Below, one piece after another: positions 18,201 through 26,129 of a stretch of 64,000 nt of DNA. The notes beneath the pieces were generated by a model. It did no database searches and was not told the DNA's origin. It was given only the letters and a program-made list of their open reading frames with translations. The stretch comes from Thermoplasmata archaeon. GTDB taxonomy: Archaea; Thermoplasmatota; Thermoplasmata; RBG-16-68-12. Every line of letters begins with the position of its first letter. Position 1 is the stretch's first letter. Location of the stretch: assembly GCA_035636315.1 (NCBI GenBank), contig DASPZJ010000050.1, positions 34,831 through 98,830 on the forward strand. The letters are read 5' to 3'. A program made the translations under genes and the position numbers.

Positions 18201-18544
18201 TCCGTCAGGATCGCCAGGCCCACCCGGACGGCGCGCTCGACCGCCCTCTCCTTGCTCGCCGCAGGCCGCTGGGCGATCTCTTTCGCCACGAGGATCGCGA
18301 GCTCCTCGCGGTCGTGGTGTTTCGCGAGCTCGCGGATTCGGCGGGCGACCCCTTCGACGTCGTAGTTCTCGAGCAGCTTCTCGACACGGGATGCGAGGTC
18401 GTCCGTCAGAGGGATCTCCACATCGAGCTCCGGATCGTAGCCGCGCGCCCGCGCGGCACGGCCGACCGCATACGCGGCCTCGACTTGTTTCTGCAGGGTC
18501 GCGAAGTAGGACCGGACCCCTTCGGACGCGATCGGAGAACCCAT
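15236..18544 (-). CDS. polC: DNA polymerase II (PolD) large subunit DP2
   Basis: 1102 aa. N-terminus MGSPIASEGVRSYFATLQKQVEAAYAVGRAARARGYDPELDVEIPL and C-terminus ...QDLKLDDFF are characteristic of euryarchaeal DP2. Internal Cys clusters (CGACGKRWFLPKCSCGGHT; CTRCGEKYRRIPLRGRCLACGG). No intein. Confidence 0.9.
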   Translation of the reverse strand: MGSPIASEGVRSYFATLQKQVEAAYAVGRAARARGYDPELDVEIPLTDDLASRVEKLLENYDVEGVARRIRELAKHHDREELAILVAKEIAQRPAASKERAVERAVRVGLAILTEGILVAPLEGLAGVKLKRNRDGSSYVDLYYAGPIRSAGGTGQALSVLIADVVRRELGIGRYEPVREEVERFKEEIPLYKQAQHLQYTPSEEEIALIVAHCPVGINGEGTEDAEISGFRDLPRIETNRIRGGACLVIADGMCLKAPKIQKHVKKLRIDGWEFIDAYLAEKSARPEELKDEAGVEPSEVFIQNIVAGRPVLCHPSRAGGLRLRYGRTRATGLAALALHPATMHILDDFIAVGTQIKTERPGKAGAVTPCDTIEGPLVVLDDGDFIEISDAATAKRLTPRVRVIADLGEILVPFGEFLENNHLLMPGAFCLEWYGALLQGKLGSLPDGWETATAEQALAWSRELGVPLHPRYNLFYHDLTVEELTRFRELVTVHGRIEDGRLRLPNDEEPREWLVRLGAPYQARGDELIVERHTESLLATLGIERDGGMLRIGPSPETEDPLAFVSSLAGFPVKARGPTRIGARMARPEKAAPRKMQPAPHALFPIGHDGGAQRLLVDAASKDTIEIEVGLRICGACGKRWFLPKCSCGGHTTPRGGPTRQRVPLADVLRAALDRVGESKAPAIKAVQGMISKTKTPEPLEKGVLRAKHEIYVFKDGTTRYDMTNLPLTHFTPNEAGISVEAARRLGYSRDLRGQLLERDDQVLELRTQDILVARSCGEYLVRVASFVDDLLERLYGLSRFYGATRPEDLLGQLVVTLAPHTSAGVVARIVGFTDALACFAHPFLIAARRRNCDGDEDSVILLLDSLINFSRAFLPDKRGGLMDAPLVITTRIDPNEIDKEAHNLDVLAAYPPSLYDAAERFAHPREIEPQIDTVSKRIGSVLQYEGFSYTHATSSVAQGPLASAYGEGSMAEKIEKQLELALRIRAVDPNDVVARIVVHHFLPDLIGNLKAFSSQQVRCTRCGEKYRRIPLRGRCLACGGNLTLTVHESSVKKYLEISKRISAQFEVSNYLRQRIELIEDAITSLFTNDKTQDLKLDDFF

Positions 18545-18679
18545 TCCATCCCTTCCGGCGAAGGAGAGCGGCGGGCCCTATCCGGAGGACCGGGTATATG
18601 CCTTTCCGTGCGCTGGGTTGCGGACGCGTGAAAGTTCGCGGGTCAACCTTTATCCGCGCGCGACGACTCGGTTACTTCG

Positions 18680-19018
18680 ATGCTCAAGGTCCGAGACCCG
18701 GAGGCGTTCCAGCGGGAGATCCTCGGGTCGAAGGAGCCCACCGTCGTGATGTTCTCGGCGACGTGGTGTCCGTTCTGCCGTCGGTTCCAAGCGGATTTTG
18801 AACGCCTCGCGTCTTCCCGTCCCTGGCGGTTCGCCGCGGTCTACCTCGACGACGAGGACAACCCGCTGTGGGACGACTACGCGGTCGAGGTCGTGCCGAC
18901 CCTCGCGCTCTTCCGCGACGGGACGATCGCCGCGCGTCAAGACGGCGTCCTCGGCTACGGGATCGACAAGAAGATGATCGCGGAGTTCCTCCGAGGCGTG
19001 GAACCCGTCCTGGCATGA
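18680..19018 (+). CDS. thioredoxin-fold protein (WCPFC active site)
   Basis: VVMFSATWCPFCRRFQADFERLA... 112 aa, thioredoxin-like CxxC. Confidence 0.7.
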   Translation: MLKVRDPEAFQREILGSKEPTVVMFSATWCPFCRRFQADFERLASSRPWRFAAVYLDDEDNPLWDDYAVEVVPTLALFRDGTIAARQDGVLGYGIDKKMIAEFLRGVEPVLA

Positions 19019-19082
19019 ATTCGCTCTCGCACCTGATTCTCAGGTCGGCACGTTTTTAGCGTCCCCGCCGGGATGAAATCGC

Positions 19083-19949
19083 GTGCGCAAAATCCGGAGC
19101 GGAATCTATGGACTCAACCCGCTCCTCGACGGCGGCCTGAATGAGAACAGCACGACTGTCGTGATCGGCCGGTCGGGCGCGGGCAAGACGACCTTGGCCA
19201 CGCAGTTCATCCGCCGAGGCCTGCAGGAAGGCCAAGAGGGCGTCTTCGTCTCTCTCGACGAAAACAAGGAACAGATCATCCGTGAGGCCGTCGAGATGGG
19301 CTGGTCGGACATCCTCGAGTACCTCGACGACGAGCTTCTCGTGTTCATCGACGCGTCGGGTCGGGAGTTCTCGAACTTCATCCGCAAGGAGCTCCCCGCG
19401 TTCGTCGCGGACTGGAAGGGGAGCAACGCGCGCATCGCGATCGACCCGCTCACGCCGGTCCTCTGGTCGACGAAGGACCTGTACGAGCAACGCGACCTGA
19501 TTGGCTACATGTTCAAGCAGACGCGGAAAGTCGGGACGGTCCTCTGCACGCTCGAGGAACACGGACAGGCGGACCTCGCCGGCCCGGAGACCGTCATCCC
19601 GATGTACCTCGCGGACTGCGTGATCCACTTGAAGTTCAACAGCGACGGCGCGGACCCGTCGCGCCTACTGAAGATCGTGAAGTGCCGGAACAGCCGCCAC
19701 AGCCAAGGGGCCCATGCCTACGAGATCGTCCGCGGCCTCGGGATCGTCCTCGAGGATGTCGACGGCCGCAAGCCCACGACCTCCAAGGCCCCGTCGCAGC
19801 TGCGGCAGATGCTCCTTACCCGCTCGATGCCGAAGAACGTGAGGGACCATCTCGAGAAGTCTCTCGACGGGCTCACGGACGAGGACTTCCGCTCCTTGAA
19901 GCCCGAGCGTGTGCTCGAGATGATCCTCCAGGAGTACCAGGGGGCGTGA
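19083..19949 (+). CDS. KaiC-like / RecA-superfamily ATPase (single-domain, archaeal KaiC/RadB family)
   Basis: IRSGIYGLNPLLDGGL (KaiC N-motif), Walker A GRSGAGKTT, Walker B LVFIDASG. Confidence 0.75.
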   Translation: MRKIRSGIYGLNPLLDGGLNENSTTVVIGRSGAGKTTLATQFIRRGLQEGQEGVFVSLDENKEQIIREAVEMGWSDILEYLDDELLVFIDASGREFSNFIRKELPAFVADWKGSNARIAIDPLTPVLWSTKDLYEQRDLIGYMFKQTRKVGTVLCTLEEHGQADLAGPETVIPMYLADCVIHLKFNSDGADPSRLLKIVKCRNSRHSQGAHAYEIVRGLGIVLEDVDGRKPTTSKAPSQLRQMLLTRSMPKNVRDHLEKSLDGLTDEDFRSLKPERVLEMILQEYQGA

Positions 19950-19950
19950 G

Positions 19951-20643
19951 ATGGCGCGCGGTCTCGGTCGCGCGCTCGAGCAGGCGGTCGCCCGGGACGG
20001 GCCGGACGAGGACCTCGAGATCGAGGGACGCAGCCTCGCGAACGCGCGCCGCCGCCAGATGTTCCGCTATCTCTGCCGCAAGCCGTGCGCTCGGGTCGGC
20101 GAGATCGGGCGGGAGCTCGCGATGTCCCAGGCCACAGTGCGGTGGCATGCGTGGGATCTCGTGGAGAACGGATACGTGCAAATCGAGGGCACCCGGGCGT
20201 TCCCGAAAGGCCTGATCGATCCGGAGGATGCGGCGATGTTCGCGTCCCTCGCGTCGTCGGGCCGAGCCGCCATTCTTGAGGCCGTATTCCGGCAACCGGG
20301 GCTCTCGTTTCAGGAGCTCGCCGCTGCGCTCAGTTTGACGCGGCAGTCCGTGAGCAAGATTGCCTCGGAGCTCGCGGACTTCGGGCTGCTCACCCTCGTC
20401 GACGACGGTCGGTACCGCCGCGTGTATCCGACGGACCTGATCCCGCGGAAACGCGAATCGAACCGGGCCCGGTCGAACGCCTTTGCGGACGGCCTGCTGC
20501 GCCGGCTCACCGAAGAAGGCCTCTCGCCCGAGCTCCTGCGGCGGGACGAGACGACGGTCCTCGTGCGGTTCGGCAGCGGTTCCAAGAAGGTCGTCCTCGA
20601 CGTCACGCTCGACCCGTACGCCACGGCGTGGAAAGGTCCCTGA
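19951..20643 (+). CDS. transcriptional regulator with two ArsR/MarR-like winged-helix domains
   Basis: RRRQMFRYLCRKPCARVGEIGRELAMSQATVRWHAWDLVENGYV and a second wHTH AAILEAVFRQPGLSFQELAAALSLTRQSVSKIASELADFGLLT. Start is 2 nt after the KaiC-like gene. Confidence 0.6.
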   Translation: MARGLGRALEQAVARDGPDEDLEIEGRSLANARRRQMFRYLCRKPCARVGEIGRELAMSQATVRWHAWDLVENGYVQIEGTRAFPKGLIDPEDAAMFASLASSGRAAILEAVFRQPGLSFQELAAALSLTRQSVSKIASELADFGLLTLVDDGRYRRVYPTDLIPRKRESNRARSNAFADGLLRRLTEEGLSPELLRRDETTVLVRFGSGSKKVVLDVTLDPYATAWKGP

Positions 20644-20727
20644 GCGACACGTGTTAACGGATCGTATAGACCCTGTGATAGGGACGATATAAGGCCCTTT
20701 AAGCCCCCGTCCCACCCGCTCTTGTAG

Positions 20728-23700
20728 ATGGACGAGAGCTATCGCGAGTGGCTATCCTCGATCCCCGGATGGACCGCGGACAAGGCGCAGAAGGTCGGGG
20801 AACGCTTCCCCACGTACGAGCTGCTGCGCGCGGCGAGCCGCGACGAGCTCTCGGCGATCGAAGGCCTCACGTCGGGCGAGGCGGACGCCCTATTCGGCCT
20901 GGTGCATGGCACCTCCGAGGGCGATGCGTCCGGCCATCTGTTCCTGTGCCCGGAATGCGGCTCCTTCGCTGGCGCGGGCGCGACGAAGTGCCCGTCGTGC
21001 GGCGTCGAATTCGGCGGCTCCGAAGATATCGCCGTCGGGAAGGAGCTCGACGCCTTCCTCGAGGACGAGGACGCGCCCGCTCGTATCTGTCTCTCGTGCG
21101 GCGCCGCGATGGCGAAAGGGGACGCGACCTGCGGCGTGTGCGGCCGCGAATATCGTAGGGAGGAACTCGCCCTCCTGCCCGGGCTCGATGGGAGCCTCGA
21201 CGAGGAAGCTCCGTTCTGCCCCCGCTGCGGGGCGTATCTCTTCGCGGACGAATCGGAGTGCGCGATCTGCGGCACGGCCCTGAACGCTCCAACGCCCCCG
21301 GTCACGAACGGGAAGGAGAAGGGCGTCGTGAAGGACTTCCTCAGCCGGTGGCAGCGGGTCGCGGACGCCACGGAGACCACGGAGGCGGAGCGGCTCCAGG
21401 AAGAGCTCGATCATTACGATCGGTTGCTGGAGGCGGACCCGACACTCGAGCGGGCGTGGGCGAAGCGCGCGAAGGTCCTCGAGAAACTCGGACGCCCCGC
21501 GGAGGCGGCGGAGTCCCTCGCGAAGGCCGGAGAGCTGAACCCGGCGCGCGAGGACCAGTACCGCGTCGAGGTCCAGGACGTGACGCGGACGAAGGAGGAC
21601 GTGCCCGTCCTGTCGCCGAAATGGCAGCAGCCCGTCGCGACGGCCGCGCCGAAAGCGCTCGATCCCCGACTCATCGAAGCGCTCGATCACTACGAATCCC
21701 TGTTGCGGGCGGACCCATCCCTCGCGGTCGCATGGCGCACGAAGGGCGAGATCCTGGAGCGACTCGGCCGCTCGGACGAATCGCGCGTCGCCCGCGAGCG
21801 AGCGGACCGGCTCGAACGCGACGAGGGTCGCGCCCTCCAGGCCGCCGCGGAAGGACTCCGGGCGCCGGGCCTCGCGTCCTCGGACCTCGCGGGCGGCGGC
21901 CGCATGAACGGCCGCGTCAGCGGCACGAAAGGGGGTCACACGAACGGCCGCACCAACGGCCACACGAACGGCCGCACGAACGGACGCGTGAACGGCCTGT
22001 CGGAGGGCCGCGTCAACGGCCTGACGACCGGCGCGGTGAACGGCCTAACGTTCGGGCACGGGGCGACGAACGGCCTCGTGAACGGGAACGGCTTCACGAA
22101 CGGCCGGCGGGGCCGCTACGGCACCCCGCGGATTCCGGCGCAGCCGCACTGGTCCCACTCCGTCGTGGGAATCGCCGCGGTCGTCGCCCTCATGGTGATC
22201 GTCCCGATCCTCGTGAGCTTCCTTTCTCCGTCCCCCGCCGGGCCGACCTCGATCATCCGGATCGACGGGGATTTCAGCGACTGGTCCAGGTTCCCGGCGT
22301 ACGCGGACTCGCCGACGGACGCGGTCCAGACGCCCGATGTCAACCTCGTCGCCATGAAGGTCGCGACGCAGGACCGGAACCTGTTCGTCGAGGCGCAGGT
22401 TCAGGGCCTCTTGTTCCAGGGCCCCGCCGCAAACCAGACGGGCAGCGTGTTCGTCTTCGTCGACGAAGACAACGACCGCACGACCGGGTACCCGATCGGC
22501 GACCTCGGCGCGGATTCCATGGTCGAGGTGTACGGATGGCGAGATGTGTCCGCGATCCAGCACGGCGTCTCGGCGTTCGCATTCAACGAGACGGGGGTGA
22601 CGCGCTCGAACGACTTCCGGCGGTTCCTGCCTAGCGGCTCCGCGGACGCCGCGTTCCTCGGCTCGCAGATCGAAATCCGAACGACCGTCCGGGATGCGAC
22701 GAGGGCGCGGGTCCTCGTCTACGCGGCGGACAACCTTGGCGGCCGGGACGCGGCGGATGGCTCCGTGCGTCCTTCCCTCCCGACGGTCGTCCTGGGCCAG
22801 CAGACGGTCGCGCCCGACATCGTCACGACGCCCCGGGCGGTCGTCCTGCGAGTGACGCTCGCGCCGCTCGGAGGCGCGCCCCATGTCACCGGGTTGAACC
22901 TCACGCGGGTGGGCGATTCGGCGGACCCGGTTGATGTGGCCCTGTATCGCGATGACGGGAGCGGCGCGCTCGATCCGGCGGATGCGTTCCTCTCGAACGC
23001 GTCGATGACCGCGAACGCCGTCAGCCTCGCGATGAACGAGAATCTCGCTGGGCCGGCGGTGTACTGGGTCGAAGCACGGTGGACGAACGTCACGCCGACG
23101 ACGACGTTCGGATTGACGGTGAGCGGAGTTGGCTCGAACGGCACCGCGAGCTTCCGAGCCCCCGAGACCGGGCTGGTCTACCTTGCTGCGGCACCGTCGA
23201 CGCTGAGAGTCGACGGCGCGTTCGGCGATTGGCGCGGTCAGATGTACGGTCAGGATCTCCTCGGCGACGTCACGAACCGAAGCGGCGCGACGGAATACGA
23301 CGCGAACGTGGACTTGCTCGCGACCGCAGTGAACGTGGCGGCGAACTTCACCGGATACGTTCGGGTGGACGGCCGCATGCTCGGAGGCCAAGACATCCCG
23401 ACCTCCCGCGAGCGGACGTACAATGCGCCCGTCGACACGGACCTCGACGGCGTGCCGGATTCGATCGAGACCCTCCTCGGCGCGGGCCTGTCCCAAGACT
23501 TCAACAACGACAACCGCACCGACGCGATGTCCGCGGGCGACGTGGACGGGGACGGCGTCATCGATTATCCCGCGGGCACCGACTGCTGGTTGAACACGAC
23601 GATCCCGGCATGGTATCCCGCGCCCTATGCGGGCCGAAGCGTGACGCGATTCATCTGCCCGATCGGACAGCCTCCCCAGGAGGGCGTGGACGTCGTGTAC

Positions 23701-25278
23701 GCGTACGTCGACGCCGACAACGCGACGAGCACCGGGCTCCTGTCCGACGTCGAAGGCCGGACGTACGGCTTCGACTACGCGATGGCGGTCATCGGTAGGA
23801 ACGGAGCGGTCAACTCGAGCGGCCTCTATGCCTTCGTGCCGGCTCGAGCGAACCCCTGGGCCCTCGTGCAGCCGATCGCCGTCGCGCTCGACGCGCATCG
23901 GATGGAATTCGCGGTGGACGCGAGCGCGCTGAACCTGGTCGCCGGGTACCGGGTCGTCTACTTCGCGTCGGACTGGCGGCTCGGATACGATGTCGCCCTG
24001 CCGGACGCCGCCGTCGCCCGCTTCCCGATCGCCGCGCAGGCCGCGACGAATCTCGTCATCAACGAGGTCTCGCCCCAGCCGAACGTGGAATGGGCGGAGA
24101 TCGCGAACCCGACGGCGAGCGCGGTCCCCCTGAACGGTTGGACCCTCGCAATCAACCACGGAAACAAGGCCGTCGTCGTCTACACGTTCTCCGGGACGAT
24201 CGGTGCCTGGGGATCCGGGCAGGAGTACCTCGCGGCCTTCTTGCCCGCGAACTCGCTCCCGAACGGCCAGACTCAATTGCTCCTCATGCAAGGGACCACG
24301 GTGATCGATGCGACAACGTACTCGTCGAACTCGGGCAGCGGCCGCACGTGGGCGCGGTTCAAGGACCCTGTGTCAGGCGTCCCTGCAGATACGAACAACG
24401 ATGCGGTGGACTTCTACCTCTCCTTGGCGCCCTCGTCCGGTCGCGCGAACGACCGCCACCGGCCGACGATCGCCCTCGCGAAGACCGCGAGCCGGGTCGT
24501 TGCGGCGCCGGGGGATCTCATCGTCTACACGTTGTATTACAACAACACGGACACGGGCATGGCGAAGTTCGTGTGGGTGAACGACACGCTCCCGGCGGGC
24601 GTTAGTTTTTCCTCGTCGAGCGTGCCGTACAATTCCGTCTCCGGTTCGACGTACGGGTGGGCCTTCACGAACGTGATGCCCGGCGCCCACGCCTTCACGG
24701 TCTCGGTACAGGTCACTGCCGCCACGGCGGATGGACAGGTGCTCCGCAACACGGCGACGTTGGATTACACGGATCAGCTGCGCCGGCCCCTTCCCCGGAG
24801 TCTCGGATGGGGGAACACGACCGTCGTACGACCGATGATCACGGTCGTCAAGATCGCCACGCCGTCGAACGCGAAACCGGGCGACCTGGTCACCTTCACG
24901 ATTTTCTACAACAACACGGGCTCCGTGGCGGCGGGAACGGTCACGATCAAGGACAGTTTCCCGAGCGGACTCGACTACGTCAGCGCGAGCCCGGCGGCAA
25001 CGTGGACGGACGGCCGGACGTTCTACTGGAACTTCACGAGCGTCGCACCGGGCGCCCATTCCCTCACGTTGATCGCGCGGGTGAACGCCAGCTTCTCGGG
25101 ATCGCAACTCGTCAACTGGGCGTTCCTGAATTACACGACGCCCGGAGGATTCCCGCTGATCGGGAGCAGTTCCTCGACGGTGGTGGCGATCCCGGAGCTC
25201 TCGGATATGATCTTCGTCGCGGCGGTCCCGTTGCTCATCATCGGGCTGAAAATCCGCGCGAAGCGGCGCGTCGAATAG
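20728..25278 (+). CDS. giant single-pass membrane protein: cytoplasmic HhH + 3 double-Zn-ribbons + TPR + (x-T/V-N-G)n repeat, TM, ~1000-aa extracellular domain with DUF11-like repeats, C-terminal PEF-CTERM-like anchor
   Basis: 1516 aa. N-terminal LSSIPGWTADKAQKVGERFPTYELLRAASRDELSAIEGLTSGEADAL (HhH-like). CPECGSF...CPSCGVEF, CLSCGAAM...CGVCGREY and CPRCGAYL...CAICGTAL are zinc ribbons. TPR-like helical repeats (ERAWAKRAKVLEKLGRPAEAAESLAKAGELNP...). NGRVSGTKGGHTNGRTNGHTNGRTNGRVNGL... repeat. TM helix SVVGIAAVVALMVIVPILVSFL. Many N-x-S/T sequons. C-terminal domains of the form ...YTLYYNNTDTG... and ...FTIFYNNTGSVAAGTVTIKD... (DUF11 / conserved-repeat-domain-like). Ends AIPELSDMIFVAAVPLLIIGLKIRAKRRVE (tripeptide + TM + basic tail). 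Confidence 0.8.
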   Translation: MDESYREWLSSIPGWTADKAQKVGERFPTYELLRAASRDELSAIEGLTSGEADALFGLVHGTSEGDASGHLFLCPECGSFAGAGATKCPSCGVEFGGSEDIAVGKELDAFLEDEDAPARICLSCGAAMAKGDATCGVCGREYRREELALLPGLDGSLDEEAPFCPRCGAYLFADESECAICGTALNAPTPPVTNGKEKGVVKDFLSRWQRVADATETTEAERLQEELDHYDRLLEADPTLERAWAKRAKVLEKLGRPAEAAESLAKAGELNPAREDQYRVEVQDVTRTKEDVPVLSPKWQQPVATAAPKALDPRLIEALDHYESLLRADPSLAVAWRTKGEILERLGRSDESRVARERADRLERDEGRALQAAAEGLRAPGLASSDLAGGGRMNGRVSGTKGGHTNGRTNGHTNGRTNGRVNGLSEGRVNGLTTGAVNGLTFGHGATNGLVNGNGFTNGRRGRYGTPRIPAQPHWSHSVVGIAAVVALMVIVPILVSFLSPSPAGPTSIIRIDGDFSDWSRFPAYADSPTDAVQTPDVNLVAMKVATQDRNLFVEAQVQGLLFQGPAANQTGSVFVFVDEDNDRTTGYPIGDLGADSMVEVYGWRDVSAIQHGVSAFAFNETGVTRSNDFRRFLPSGSADAAFLGSQIEIRTTVRDATRARVLVYAADNLGGRDAADGSVRPSLPTVVLGQQTVAPDIVTTPRAVVLRVTLAPLGGAPHVTGLNLTRVGDSADPVDVALYRDDGSGALDPADAFLSNASMTANAVSLAMNENLAGPAVYWVEARWTNVTPTTTFGLTVSGVGSNGTASFRAPETGLVYLAAAPSTLRVDGAFGDWRGQMYGQDLLGDVTNRSGATEYDANVDLLATAVNVAANFTGYVRVDGRMLGGQDIPTSRERTYNAPVDTDLDGVPDSIETLLGAGLSQDFNNDNRTDAMSAGDVDGDGVIDYPAGTDCWLNTTIPAWYPAPYAGRSVTRFICPIGQPPQEGVDVVYAYVDADNATSTGLLSDVEGRTYGFDYAMAVIGRNGAVNSSGLYAFVPARANPWALVQPIAVALDAHRMEFAVDASALNLVAGYRVVYFASDWRLGYDVALPDAAVARFPIAAQAATNLVINEVSPQPNVEWAEIANPTASAVPLNGWTLAINHGNKAVVVYTFSGTIGAWGSGQEYLAAFLPANSLPNGQTQLLLMQGTTVIDATTYSSNSGSGRTWARFKDPVSGVPADTNNDAVDFYLSLAPSSGRANDRHRPTIALAKTASRVVAAPGDLIVYTLYYNNTDTGMAKFVWVNDTLPAGVSFSSSSVPYNSVSGSTYGWAFTNVMPGAHAFTVSVQVTAATADGQVLRNTATLDYTDQLRRPLPRSLGWGNTTVVRPMITVVKIATPSNAKPGDLVTFTIFYNNTGSVAAGTVTIKDSFPSGLDYVSASPAATWTDGRTFYWNFTSVAPGAHSLTLIARVNASFSGSQLVNWAFLNYTTPGGFPLIGSSSSTVVAIPELSDMIFVAAVPLLIIGLKIRAKRRVE
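21904..22105 (+). repeat. tandem 12-nt repeat (consensus ACGAACGGCCGC) encoding the x-T/V-N-G peptide repeat
   Basis: ~16 imperfect units visible in sequence 21904-22105, inside the 20728..25278 CDS. Confidence 0.7.
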
Positions 25279-25367
25279 CGAGTGGCTGACGGCGTTCCAT
25301 GGATCGGCGGCCGTTAGAACGGCACGTTTCGTCGTCCACCACAAGGATGGACGGCTAGCGTACCTAG

Positions 25368-25508
25368 GTCGCCGGCCCAAGCCCTCCTCAAAGGAGGGCA
25401 GGCTTCCCACGGGCTCGCGCACCGTAGTACCGCAGGGAACGTGGGCGGGCTTAACTTCCGGGTTCGGGATGGGACCGGGTGTATCCCCGCCGCTTTGGCC
25501 GTCAAACC
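25368..25508 (-). rRNA. 5S ribosomal RNA (with an apparent ~20-nt 3'-proximal hairpin insertion; ends approximate)
   Basis: Minus strand reads TTTGACGGCCAAAGCGGCGGGGATACACCCGGTCCCATCCCGAACCCGGAAGTTAAGCCCGCCCACGTTCCCTGCGGTACTACGGTGCGCGAGCCCGTGGGAAGCC. This matches the archaeal 5S consensus (CCCATCCCGAAC, GGAAGTTAAGCCC, GTGCGCGAGCC, TGGGAA). It is followed by a perfect hairpin GCCCTCCTttgAGGAGGGC and GGGCCGGCGACC. A TATA-like GATATATC lies ~30 nt upstream on the minus strand (25536-25543). Confidence 0.75.
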
Positions 25509-25700
25509 ACTGCTGTCTCCGCCGAGAGAGCGCGAGATATATCAGCATTTCGATGCGGGCGGTTCGAGGGCCATGATGTATCGTTCTGGCCCCTCTCGTG
25601 CCTGCACCTTTGTCGTCACTTTGGCGGCTGGCAATCACCGATGATTATTGCGCCACAAGGGAGTTAGTCACAGGAGGCCACCGTGAGTTGAGGTGACGAG

Positions 25701-25949
25701 GTGTCAACGGTTTCGTACGCCCTCCGCCTAGTGGCGGTCCTCGGCGTATTGGCCCTTTCGGTCAGCACGACGGCGTTCGCAGCCTCGGTGAACCTCGAGG
25801 CCGCGGGCTCCCGCTCTCCGAGCGGCGATCACGGCTCGTGCGTCGCTTCGGCGGTCCACCAAGCACTCGCGGAGCGGCAACCTGACGTAGGGATCGGCTC
25901 CGTGATTTCCGGCATCGCCGGATGTGCGCGACCCCGACTGACCCGGTAA
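25701..25949 (+). CDS. small putative secreted protein (82 aa, GTG start)
   Basis: GAGGTGA RBS-like sequence then GTG. Signal-peptide-like VAVLGVLALSVSTTAFAASV. No recognisable family, weak support. Confidence 0.25.
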   Translation: MSTVSYALRLVAVLGVLALSVSTTAFAASVNLEAAGSRSPSGDHGSCVASAVHQALAERQPDVGIGSVISGIAGCARPRLTR

Positions 25950-26129
25950 TCGGCACGCGCGTCGTACGCTCGTGTCACCTGCACGTCCCCCCGGACGTGC
26001 ACCTTCTTCCTTTCGTTTTTCGTGATCCAGACGGAGTCCCGGCGGTCGTCCGGAGGCGTATCTGATAATCACCCCCGCGAACCGACTGCCCATGTTTATC
26101 CGGCCCGGGAGGGAACCCTTCAAGATTCG

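Noticed and set aside
15398-18631. Multiple 150-500 aa plus-strand ORFs (15398..16114, 16473..17117, 16559..17107, 17111..18631) opposite the PolD large subunit
   Set aside because: Antisense to a 1102-aa gene with unmistakable DP2 homology. Low-complexity translations.
22045-24291. 748-aa minus-strand ORF and several plus-strand alternative-frame ORFs inside the 1516-aa surface protein gene
   Set aside because: Arg/Asp/Gly-rich junk, no motifs. The plus-frame-1 product has coherent domain architecture.
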